From a bacterium (GTDB lineage Bacteria > SZUA-182 > DTGQ01), in the NCBI GenBank assembly GCA_040752695.1, contig JBFMGO010000064.1:1-33389 (forward strand): a stretch of 33,389 nucleotides of DNA, in the 5' to 3' direction. Made by a program: the position numbers and the translations under genes. The notes under the pieces are model-generated. The model saw only the letters and a list, made by a program, of their open reading frames with translations, made no database searches and was not told where the DNA came from. Positions 8,378 through 17,088 of the stretch are shown one piece after another (positions within the stretch are counted from its first letter, which is position 1; every line of letters begins with the position of its first letter).

Positions 8378-9916
8378 CTAAAAAGAGATATGAAAACGCG
8401 TAGAGATCACATTTTCATCATCAATATAATCTACCTTTCCATCCGGGTTTACCCTCACCCGTATGGGGTCGGAAAAATCGGTATAGGTGTAATCTACCAT
8501 CAGGCGAAGCATAGGGTTGATGATCCAATTCAAGGCTATACTGGATGCATCTGCTTTTTCTATCGAAACAAAGGCTCCTTCCTTGATCCAGTCCTTATCG
8601 CCGAAGAAATGATCCTCACGAATCGCCAGACACAGCCCGCCCCAGGCTCTTTCAGGTGTTACGGGCTGGAGCACTCCGCCTTTGAATACGGGCCGCTCGC
8701 CGGTAAGAAAGATAAGGACACTCGTATACCATGAAAAAAAATCAGCATCCTGCACGAGGCCGCCCGAAGATTCCAGATCCTCATAGGTCAAGCTCAGGTA
8801 TTCACCCTGCAAGGCTACGGGGCCCAAGGCCCAGCCAGCATCAAGTGCCCACCGTTCACGCCGCTTAACATTCTGCAAAATACCGAATTTGGTATTTTGA
8901 TTTAATACGAAAAGATTGCGGTTTGTACCGAACATACCGCTGCTTTTGACCTCAAGATCAACATTGGACAGGTCGATTTCAGCCACGTTATACGAACCGC
9001 CGATCTGGAAGGATGACAACCAAGGCCAGTGGACTGCCCGGAAAGGTCTGATGAGCAGGCGGTAGCATTGCTCCAGTTGATCATTCCGGCTTCCTCTGGT
9101 GGAGCCATCTTTCCCGTCCCCATTAAAAAGGCCGGCGGAATACCGAATGATCTCCCGGAAGAAAGAACCGGAAAGCATCAAACCCACATCGCGCTGCGGT
9201 CCAAGATAATATCCCATAGACCGCTCGATAAAGAAAAGCGCACTATCCCCGGTTTGCCATTCAAGACTGAAGGGCTCCTTAAACTGGCCGATCCTGAGAA
9301 ACTGCTGATGAATGAATCCCCATTCTCCATAGCCTTCGACCAGGTTTTTGGCATCATTTCCCTGAAGCTCATACTCAAGCCGGTAAAAGGTGTATTGATC
9401 GAGAAATCCGCTCAAAAACAAACTGGCACGCCGTATATCGAAACGGTTATCCTCCCTGAAACCCTCCTGATAATAATGGTAATCTATCTGCAAGGACCCT
9501 CCAAGGCGCAGATCGAATGCCCCCCGGTCCGTCCCTTGATTCTTTCCTTCACTGCCTGCCACGGAAAGAGAAAAACCATCATCCTTACGGCGAATCCTGC
9601 GCAGGGAGCGACGCTCCCCGGTCGTGGGGGTATCAAATGCCTGAGGGGCATCGAATGCTTTGATATCTTGACCGTCTGCTTTGGTATCTTGACCGTCGCT
9701 GGCAGCCGGCTCCCTTGCAGTAACCGATTCTGGAAAGCTGCCCAGTTCCTGGGAAATACCTGATTCTCGGGAGATGCCGGGCTCTTGGGAGACAATGGAT
9801 TCTTGAGAAATGCCCGGCTCTTGAGCTGATGCCGCCTCATGGGAGAGGATAACGCATCCGGCAAAAAAAATGACCAAAAGGCACACACTTGATGATTTTT
9901 TTCTTCTGTCTTGCAT
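8378..9916 (-). CDS. OprO/OprP-family anion-selective outer-membrane porin with a repetitive N-terminal extension
   Basis: GGSLQIDY, FDIRRASL, LRIGQFKEPFSLE, FIERS, RDVGLML, GPVALQGEY, LTGE, IALNWIINP; terminal Phe (RFHISF). Confidence 0.88.
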   Translation of the reverse strand: MQDRRKKSSSVCLLVIFFAGCVILSHEAASAQEPGISQESIVSQEPGISRESGISQELGSFPESVTAREPAASDGQDTKADGQDIKAFDAPQAFDTPTTGERRSLRRIRRKDDGFSLSVAGSEGKNQGTDRGAFDLRLGGSLQIDYHYYQEGFREDNRFDIRRASLFLSGFLDQYTFYRLEYELQGNDAKNLVEGYGEWGFIHQQFLRIGQFKEPFSLEWQTGDSALFFIERSMGYYLGPQRDVGLMLSGSFFREIIRYSAGLFNGDGKDGSTRGSRNDQLEQCYRLLIRPFRAVHWPWLSSFQIGGSYNVAEIDLSNVDLEVKSSGMFGTNRNLFVLNQNTKFGILQNVKRRERWALDAGWALGPVALQGEYLSLTYEDLESSGGLVQDADFFSWYTSVLIFLTGERPVFKGGVLQPVTPERAWGGLCLAIREDHFFGDKDWIKEGAFVSIEKADASSIALNWIINPMLRLMVDYTYTDFSDPIRVRVNPDGKVDYIDDENVISTRFHISF

Positions 9917-9920
9917 AGTA

Positions 9921-10003
9921 ATTTCCTTGCTGTAAGATCACATTCCTTCAATGAGGTCATATTCCTTGCAGGGTATTCCTTGCAGTGAGGTTACATTCCT
10001 TCA
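9921..10003 (-). repeat. Five AAGGAA motifs in the porin leader
   Basis: Plus-strand (a/t)ttcctt(g)c at about 9922, 9942, 9961, 9975 and 9995; the last copy in transcription order is the SD. Confidence 0.75.
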
Positions 10004-10159
10004 GAGGAATTGTGGGATTTGCCTATAAGTGGCATGATATCATGATCTTTATGATACGTTATAATATAAGATTTATTCTTTTTGGTCAAGAATAAAGTTA
10101 CCACAAATTACTTAAAATTACGATAAACCTGGTTGGTATTCTTTACTCCCCGCATATTG

Positions 10160-10203
10160 AGCGGGCAGCGTGCTTACCGCATGAAGCGGGCAGCGTGCTT
10201 ACC
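10160..10203. repeat. 19-bp direct repeat duplicating a gene 3' end
   Basis: agcgggcagcgtgcttacc at 10160 and 10185. Confidence 0.85.
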
Positions 10204-11110
10204 ACAACAATGCAATCAGGGCCAGAGTTGAGCCGCCGGCAATCAACCAGGGAAGGATGGAGAGAAAGGAAGAGGGGAGGGGAGGGAAACAATCCTTTGG
10301 CGTGATCCGGCTGGCAGGCCAAAACAGAGCAGCCAGGGTGCTCAGGACATATATGGCTATGATCCAGGGGAGAAGGGGGCGGGGCTCTAATCCTTTTCTT
10401 ATTTCATCGAGGCTTTGTGTTGATCCGGTCTCGGTTTTTATCCGCTCAGCTTCCTTCTCAGCCTGGAGACAAGCTTCCATGATGGCTGCGGTAGAGCCAA
10501 GGGGAGTTTTTCCCAGGTGGTAAAAACCTGCATAGAGGAGAACCGGAATACCAAGGATGAGAAAGGCGATGGAGGCCCTTTTGAAGACATGAGAAGAAGG
10601 GAAATAAGCCTCCTGAAAATGAAAGAAAACGCTCATGATGAAAAAAGAAAAACAGGCCAGGGCCACGAACCCGAGGGTCCAGACCAGAAACAGGATTGCG
10701 GGATGGTAATCGGATAAAAAGGCCAAATCGCTGTATTGGTAGTAAGCTCCAAGGATCAGGTACTGGAGTTGGCTCAGGATACTCACGCCGGCCAGGAGGA
10801 GGCAAAACAGGGTAAGGGAAAAGGACATCCTGCGGGTTCTCACCTGCCGGAGGGCAATCAGACCGGTGATGAGGTTGACCAGGATTCCTCCCAGGGATAT
10901 GACTATAGTAGCTGTTTTGCCGAAATGTCCGCTGAATTGCGCATCTCCTCCTGCAAAGAGCGTGAGTCGGAAAGACTCAAACCTGCCACCAAAAAGCATG
11001 GCTAAAAGCCCGTGGCCTGCAAACTCATGCAGAAATGTACCCAGACGAGTGGCGAGAATGAGCATCGATTCGGTCAGGAGCATCCAGACCAGCGCTTTTT
11101 TAACCTGCAT
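10199..11110 (-). CDS. M50-like intramembrane zinc metalloprotease
   Basis: TFLHEFAGH in a hydrophobic segment, ISLGGILVNL, Asp in YYQYSDL; multiple TM helices. Confidence 0.7.
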   Translation of the reverse strand: MQVKKALVWMLLTESMLILATRLGTFLHEFAGHGLLAMLFGGRFESFRLTLFAGGDAQFSGHFGKTATIVISLGGILVNLITGLIALRQVRTRRMSFSLTLFCLLLAGVSILSQLQYLILGAYYQYSDLAFLSDYHPAILFLVWTLGFVALACFSFFIMSVFFHFQEAYFPSSHVFKRASIAFLILGIPVLLYAGFYHLGKTPLGSTAAIMEACLQAEKEAERIKTETGSTQSLDEIRKGLEPRPLLPWIIAIYVLSTLAALFWPASRITPKDCFPPLPSSFLSILPWLIAGGSTLALIALLW

Positions 11111-11197
11111 TCAAAGCTCCCTGAAGAGCCATAAGGCGAATCATGAATAGAGCCTTCCGGCCCATAACCATGGCCATCAGGCCCCTTTGGGATTGCA

Positions 11198-11875
11198 TCA
11201 TGAACCGGGCCCCTCGAATACGCCTGAAAGGATAAATATCAGGCATCCATGATGGATAGACACCTTGACCGACGAAAGCCGCCTTTTAAGGAGCTGAAGA
11301 CCTGGCAGCGCACAGTTGAAATAGCCCGTACGGCCGAGTTCGCCGATTGCCTTAAGGGGTGAGGCGAACCATCCCGAAGGGAGCAGGTCATCGGCAAACA
11401 TCATGCGGCTGCCCTTTCGGGCAACCCGGAAAGCCTCCTCGATGACCCTAGTCGCAGATAACGTGCTGAGCAGATAATCACAGAAGATGGCATCAAAGGT
11501 GCAGTCTTCAAAGGGAAGATCCAGGGCATTGCCCAGGACGAGAGTTACATTGGGGCATTTTTCCCGCTGAATGCGTTTATTGGCCCGTTGCAGCATGCTG
11601 GGGCTCAAATCCAGCCCGACCACCTCACCCAGAGGTCCAACTGCCCGGGAGAGGAGGGGAAGGTCAAGCCCGGTGCCGCACCCAAGATCCAGCACCCTTT
11701 TTCCTGCCCGAAGGTGAAGCCTCTCTACAGCCACGCGCCGGTAGTGCAGATCCAGACCCAGTGACAGAATGTGAACCAAAGCATCGTACATTCCGGCCCG
11801 CCGGTTATAGAGTGAGGCGACCGTTCGGCTTTCCGAGCAAAGCACGTCCTGCCAACTCTTTGAATCCGTCGTCAT
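11198..11875 (-). CDS. Class I SAM-dependent methyltransferase (UbiE/MenG-like)
   Basis: VLDLGCGTG, VVGLDLSPSML, GNALDLPFEDCTFDAI; AAGGAG SD before ATG 11875. Confidence 0.88.
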   Translation of the reverse strand: MTTDSKSWQDVLCSESRTVASLYNRRAGMYDALVHILSLGLDLHYRRVAVERLHLRAGKRVLDLGCGTGLDLPLLSRAVGPLGEVVGLDLSPSMLQRANKRIQREKCPNVTLVLGNALDLPFEDCTFDAIFCDYLLSTLSATRVIEEAFRVARKGSRMMFADDLLPSGWFASPLKAIGELGRTGYFNCALPGLQLLKRRLSSVKVSIHHGCLIFILSGVFEGPGS

Positions 11876-12202
11876 AATCAGGCTCTCCTTGATCATAATC
11901 ATACATCTATTCTTTTTCTCTTACCATGTTTTTCGGCATGGTAGAGACTTTTTATCTTGGCTCAAAAGGTGGGAAGTGGTAAAATTTTCCTGGATGCTCT
12001 TATTTTGCCAGGCAACAGGGAATGCCATGCAGCAGAAGGAGCAGATAGGGTAAAGAAACCACCAAAGACACTGAAAAGACACTGAAAAAGGCAGCAGGGG
12101 GAAAAATGTATCATACTGCTTTTGCGTGTCTTGTGAGTATCTTGTGGGCGCCTTATGAGTGCCTTGAAGTGGTTTTTCTTATTTTTCATAATGGAGGTTA
12201 GC

Positions 12203-12829
12203 ATGGGATTTATTTCGAATTCATCAAGCTTCACCCGGTATTGGGTGAAAGACCAGATGCCTGCGGATTACAGACAGCAGTATGCTGAAGAAATCCGGCG
12301 CTATGCCTTTCGTGAGATCGAGGAAGACTCTGACCTCGAGCGGTCCTCAGGATGGGTAAACATCATGAATATCATGGATAACGAGTTTCGTGGAGAGGAA
12401 TTTTTCAAGGGTGAGTTCATTGCCTTGAGCTTGAGGACCGACACCCGGCGGGTACCTTCCCAGGTTTTGAAAAACTTCTGCAGGAAGGCTGAAGAAGAGA
12501 GGAAAACCGCTCTGGGCAAAGATTTTCTCTCCAAGGCAGAGCGTCAGGACATTCAGGATATGGTACGACTGCAACTCCTTAAAAGGGCCATTCCGAATAC
12601 CCGGACCCTCGATATGATCTGGGATATCAAAAGCAGCCAACTCCTTTTCTCCTCGACCAACGACAGCGTCTGCCTCGAATTCCTGGAGCTCTACAAAAAA
12701 ACCTTCGGATTGAGTCTGGAGCAGATTTTTCCCTACAGCCTTGCCCGCAACATCTTGCCGGAGGGACAAAGGGATCGGCTGGAATACGTTTCTCCGGTAA
12801 GCTTCGCAGCTTCAGGGTCCGGAAAGTAA
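12203..12829 (+). CDS. rdgC: Recombination-associated protein RdgC-like (N-terminal part)
   Basis: MGFISNSSSFTRY, ERSSGWV, LSLRTDTRRVP, LSKAERQDI...LLKRAIP; GGAGG SD before ATG 12203. Confidence 0.7.
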   Translation: MGFISNSSSFTRYWVKDQMPADYRQQYAEEIRRYAFREIEEDSDLERSSGWVNIMNIMDNEFRGEEFFKGEFIALSLRTDTRRVPSQVLKNFCRKAEEERKTALGKDFLSKAERQDIQDMVRLQLLKRAIPNTRTLDMIWDIKSSQLLFSSTNDSVCLEFLELYKKTFGLSLEQIFPYSLARNILPEGQRDRLEYVSPVSFAASGSGK

Positions 12830-12847
12830 AGAAGGAGGGCAAAAGGT

Positions 12848-13381
12848 ATGGATATGGTTCGTTTGGTCCAGGAGAAGAAGTTTCTCGGCAGGGAATTCCT
12901 GACCTGGCTGTGGTTTCAAAGTGATTCTCATCTGGGTGTGATAACACCTGAAGGTTCCCAGCCTGTGGAGCTGTGGATAGATAATAAAATTACCCTGGAA
13001 TCGGAGGATCAGGAAAATGTGGAGAAGGTGATCTGCCACGGCGAGAACTCCGAGATGCTGGAGGCGCGTGAAGCTTTGAGCCAGGGGAAAAAGGTCACTC
13101 AGGCCAGTTTTAAGCTGAGCATGAACGATGCTGAATGGCATTTTACTCTGGATGATTGCTGGCTGAATTTTCGGGCCTGTAAAACTCCCAAAGTGATGCT
13201 TGACAAGAAGGAGGACCCGGATGGCCTTTTTTTCGAGAAGGCTTTTCTCCTCCAGGAAGTGATCCGTGTGGTTGAGCAGTTATTCAACCAATTCATGAAA
13301 ATCCGGATCTCTCCGGAATGGATGACAGAACATCTCCCAGCCATCCAGCATTGGATACAGACAGGCGGAACCTCCGAATAA
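12848..13381 (+). CDS. Conserved partner of the RdgC-like gene (FLGREFLTWLW protein)
   Basis: FLGREFLTWLWF, EAREALSQGKKVTQA; AGGAGG SD; 18-bp gap after the upstream gene. Confidence 0.75.
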   Translation: MDMVRLVQEKKFLGREFLTWLWFQSDSHLGVITPEGSQPVELWIDNKITLESEDQENVEKVICHGENSEMLEAREALSQGKKVTQASFKLSMNDAEWHFTLDDCWLNFRACKTPKVMLDKKEDPDGLFFEKAFLLQEVIRVVEQLFNQFMKIRISPEWMTEHLPAIQHWIQTGGTSE

Positions 13382-13454
13382 AGGTTTCTTCTGCAAGCCC
13401 GGCAGTCCCTTCCCTGCTGTGTTTCCTATCGGATATTCAAAGAGTGAAACTATT

Positions 13455-13501
13455 ATGGCGAGGCTTGGACTAACAAGCGACCGAGTCTCGCCATCCCTTT
13501 C
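13455..13501 (+). terminator. Terminator-like hairpin
   Basis: ATGGCGAGGCTTGG...CCGAGTCTCGCCAT followed by CCCTTT. Confidence 0.55.
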
Positions 13502-13563
13502 AAGCCTTCACCTTTCATGGTTGATATATTTTTTTACTCGCATTTAACGTCAAAATAGTATAT

Positions 13564-13597
13564 ATAGTATGTACACCTTTGATAGTATGTACACCTT
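13564..13597. repeat. 16-bp direct repeat upstream of the MFS genes
   Basis: atagtatgtacacctt at 13564 and 13582. Confidence 0.85.
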
Positions 13598-13875
13598 CGT
13601 GCAGTATGCATAATCGATATAGACGAACATATAGTAAGTTTAATCGATATACACAATTTTTTCATCCAGATTACTCACTTCTATTTCAAAAATAACCCCT
13701 GTCAAGACAGATCTCTCCTTTCATACACAAGGAGCCTGAAGCCTATGGACTAAAGACCTGTGGAACTAAAGACCAAAAGATAAAGTTACCATTAATGAAT
13801 GTTTTGTAAGCGCGAGCGAAAAATAGCCTATGATAAAACGGTCTTCCACCTTCAATGATGAGGAGCTCGATACCT

Positions 13876-15474
13876 ATGGGACTAAAGATGAAAATCACCG
13901 ACACCTTAACCGAAGAAGAAACTCAGGCTGGACTCAGGGCAGTTATTCTCGAAGGATTGGCCAGTCAAACCGTAGGCACCCTGGCTGGAGGTGTCTTTCT
14001 GATCGCTTTTGCCCTGAAGCTTGGGGCATCTAACCTGATGGTCGGTATTCTGGCTGCCGTGCTTCCCTTGGGGCAATTAATTCAGATTCCTTCAGTTTAT
14101 ATCGTGGAGAAATACCGGACACGGCGGGCAATTACCGTGTATGCCCTGATCATGGCCAGAATAGCCTTGCTGTTCATCGTTTTTATTCCTTTCCTCTTCT
14201 CTTCTAACCTAGGACTGGTCTTCCTCATAATCGCCATGGCCGTCAATTCGGGCTTTGCAGCGGTTTCGGTGTGCGCCTGGAATCCCTGGATGCGCGACCT
14301 TGTACCCCAGAATCAATTGGGGGCCTTTTTCTCAAAGCGGATGAGCCTGGCTATGATGGTGGCTATCCCTCTCAGCATGGTTTCCGGGGTCTATCTTGAC
14401 TATTGGAAAAAATCTTTTCCGAATCTTGAAATATATGGCTACTCGTTCCTTTTTTTGTTTGCATTCTTGGTTGGCACGGCTGGAATCTACTACCTGATCA
14501 TCACTCCTGAACCCCGCATGGCCTCCTGTTCAAAAAAGCCGAAGTTTTTCAACCTGATCGCTGAACCCTTCGCGGACCGCAACTTTAGGAACCTGACCTT
14601 CTTTTTAGGTCTTTGGAGTTTCGCAACCAATCTGGTTATTCCTTTTTTTACCGTTTACATGCTGAAAAGGCTGCAACTGAATATGTCGGTTGTCATTACG
14701 CTCACGGTCTTGAGTCAGATGTTCAACCTCGCTTTTTTACGGACCTGGGGAAGGCTTTCAGACCTTTTCAGCTATAAATCGGTACTGAGCATCAATGCAC
14801 TTTTATTTGCATTCTGCACCCTGGCCTGGACTTTCACCACCCTGCCTGACAGGCACCTTATGACGTTCCCATTATTGATCGTAATCCACATCCTTATAGG
14901 CGTTTCCATGGCAGGGTATATTCTGGCCGCGGATAATCTTGCCCTGAAACTGGCACCACGGGATAAAGCCACTGCCTATCTGGCCACAAAGAACCTGGTC
15001 AATTCGCTGTCAGCCGGCATTGCTCCTATTATAGGCGGAAGGTTTGCGGATTTCTTCACCAGGTATGAATTTTCCTGGAGACTTACCTTAATCGGCCCCC
15101 AGCGAGGATTCAATTACCAGATCCTGAACTTCGAACAGTTGGATTTTTTCTTTTTCTTTGCCTTCCTGATCGGCCTGTATGCTGTTTACCGGCTCTCCAT
15201 GGTCAGGGAAGAGGGAGATGTCAGGGGAACGGTCGTGCTTCAGGCATTGAAATCGCAGATGAAAGGTACGCTCATGAGCACGGCCCGGTACATTCGGGTC
15301 CAGTTACTCCCGAACAGGCCGGGATACCGGCCCATAGCCATAGAAGAGGGTGGGTACCAACCCATAGCCATAGAAGAGATACGGTTCCAACCCATAACCG
15401 TGGAGGATGAAGTGCCCGCAGCCATAGAAGAAGAGGGAGCATTGACCTTAGGCGATCCTGAAAAATCTGATTAA
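13876..15474 (+). CDS. MFS transporter, paralog 1, with an acidic repeat tail; start uncertain (13855, 13876 or 13888)
   Basis: About 12 TM segments; WNPWMRDLVP...GAFFSKR; WGRLSDLF motif A; AGGAG at 13861. Confidence 0.9.
   Translation: MGLKMKITDTLTEEETQAGLRAVILEGLASQTVGTLAGGVFLIAFALKLGASNLMVGILAAVLPLGQLIQIPSVYIVEKYRTRRAITVYALIMARIALLFIVFIPFLFSSNLGLVFLIIAMAVNSGFAAVSVCAWNPWMRDLVPQNQLGAFFSKRMSLAMMVAIPLSMVSGVYLDYWKKSFPNLEIYGYSFLFLFAFLVGTAGIYYLIITPEPRMASCSKKPKFFNLIAEPFADRNFRNLTFFLGLWSFATNLVIPFFTVYMLKRLQLNMSVVITLTVLSQMFNLAFLRTWGRLSDLFSYKSVLSINALLFAFCTLAWTFTTLPDRHLMTFPLLIVIHILIGVSMAGYILAADNLALKLAPRDKATAYLATKNLVNSLSAGIAPIIGGRFADFFTRYEFSWRLTLIGPQRGFNYQILNFEQLDFFFFFAFLIGLYAVYRLSMVREEGDVRGTVVLQALKSQMKGTLMSTARYIRVQLLPNRPGYRPIAIEEGGYQPIAIEEIRFQPITVEDEVPAAIEEEGALTLGDPEKSD
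15321..15432 (+). repeat. 30-bp coding repeat (GYxPIAIEEx)
   Basis: cccatagccatagaagag at 15331 and 15361, with degenerate copies at 15391 and 15421. Confidence 0.8.
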
Positions 15475-15582
15475 AGGGGATTCAGAGGAAATGCCGAAAT
15501 TCCCGTATACCGGGCAGTATCCGGCAAGATTGGGCATCTAGGATTCAGGCAGGATTCAGGCAGGATACGGGAAAGGCAAAAG

Positions 15583-17004
15583 GTGTTCACGGTTAAAGAG
15601 AGCTTAACTGAAGCGGAAATTCAGGCAGGGCTGAGGGCGGTCATTAACGATGGGCTTGCTACCCAGGCTGTTGTCACGCTGACCGGAGGGGTCTTTTTGG
15701 TAGCCTTTGCACTGGAGCTCGGTGCCTCCAACGTGATGATCGGGATTTTGGTGGCAATCCTTCCTTTGGCTCAGTTGATTCAGGTCCCTTCGGTTTATCT
15801 GGTGGAAAAGCTTCGGGTACGGCAGCCGATCACGGTATACTCCACTGCGCTGGCCATCAGCTTCTGGTTATTCGTTGCTCTGATTCCGCTTCTGTTTCCT
15901 CCCCGGTCGGGGCTGTATCTTCTGACAGCAGCGCTGACTCTGGGTGCGGTCTTCAATGCCGTGTCAGCATGCAGTTGGAATTCCTGGATGCGTGATCTTG
16001 TGCCCCAGGACCGGCTGGGAGCATTCTTTTCGAAGCGGCTGAGCCTGTCTACGGCCCTCAGTATCATCCTGAGCCTTGCAGCAGGAATTTTCATTGACTA
16101 TTGGAAAAGGCTCTTTCCTTCTCATGAGATCTATAGCTATTCGTTTCTTTTTTTCTGTGGATTCCTGGCTGGCCTGGCTGCTCTTTACTTTCTTTCAAAT
16201 ACGCCTGAACCCCGGATGACGGACGAAGGGGAAAAACTCACCTTTTCACAACTAGTCCTTTTACCATTCAAGGATTTGAATTTTAAGAATCTGCTCATAT
16301 TTTTAGGTTTTTGGAATTTCGCCGCTTATCTGGTTCTTCCCTTTTTTACCGTTTACATGCTGAAAAGATTACAGTTGAACATGTCGTTGATTATTGCCCT
16401 TACGGTCTTGAGCCAGATCACGAATATTGCCTTCCTCAGAATCTGGGGCAAAGTCTCGGACCTTTTCAGCAATAAATCGGTGCTCCACCTGAGCGGTGTT
16501 CTCTTTGCTGCCTGCATCCTGGCCTGGGCCTTTACCACCATGCCCGATAAACACCTTTTAACCGTACCGCTTCTGATTATTATCCATACGCTTATGGGTA
16601 TCGCTATGGCCGGGATTCTTCTCGGTTCGGGAAACATCGCTCTGAAGCTGGCTCCAAAGGGGCATGCCACTGCCTATCTGGCAGCCAGTAACCTGGTTAA
16701 CTCCCTGGCTATGGGCCTTGGCCCGATTACCGGCGGCAAGTTTATCGATTTTTTCGCCAAACACGAGGTTTCCTGGATCATAAACTGGTCGAGCAGGGAA
16801 CAGTCCGCTCAAAACGTACATTTTCAATATTGGAACTTCTTCTTTTTCCTCGCCTTTATGGTCAGCCTCTACTCCATTCACCGCCTGACTCCAGTCAAGG
16901 AAGTAGGGGAGGTGGACGAGAAAATCGTTATCAATGAGTTTCTGACCGAGGTGAGCAAAAAAGTGAGGAGTCTCTGGCCCCTTTCGGTCAAACGCAAAGG
17001 GTAG
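15583..17004 (+). CDS. MFS transporter, paralog 2 (GTG start)
   Basis: Colinear with paralog 1 (QAGLRAVI, GGVFL, WMRDLVPQ, PFFTVYMLKRLQLNMS, ALKLAP). Confidence 0.9.
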   Translation: MFTVKESLTEAEIQAGLRAVINDGLATQAVVTLTGGVFLVAFALELGASNVMIGILVAILPLAQLIQVPSVYLVEKLRVRQPITVYSTALAISFWLFVALIPLLFPPRSGLYLLTAALTLGAVFNAVSACSWNSWMRDLVPQDRLGAFFSKRLSLSTALSIILSLAAGIFIDYWKRLFPSHEIYSYSFLFFCGFLAGLAALYFLSNTPEPRMTDEGEKLTFSQLVLLPFKDLNFKNLLIFLGFWNFAAYLVLPFFTVYMLKRLQLNMSLIIALTVLSQITNIAFLRIWGKVSDLFSNKSVLHLSGVLFAACILAWAFTTMPDKHLLTVPLLIIIHTLMGIAMAGILLGSGNIALKLAPKGHATAYLAASNLVNSLAMGLGPITGGKFIDFFAKHEVSWIINWSSREQSAQNVHFQYWNFFFFLAFMVSLYSIHRLTPVKEVGEVDEKIVINEFLTEVSKKVRSLWPLSVKRKG

Positions 17005-17022
17005 ATGCCAAGCAGGCGAAGA

Positions 17023-17046
17023 AGGCGGGGCATTCCTGTCCCGCCT
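17023..17046. terminator. Hairpin between convergent genes
   Basis: AGGCGGG...CCCGCCT. Confidence 0.5.
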
Positions 17047-17088
17047 GTCGGCTGCTATCTTTTAACCATTCTTCAAATCACACCATCT

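Noticed and set aside
8174..9763. Long plus-strand ORFs (186 aa and 244 aa)
   Set aside because: Antisense shadows of the porin and diheme genes with no recognisable motifs.
12011..12027. Sigma54 motif on the minus strand (TGGCA-N7-TTGC)
   Set aside because: Spacing is one base too long for the strict -24/-12 geometry.
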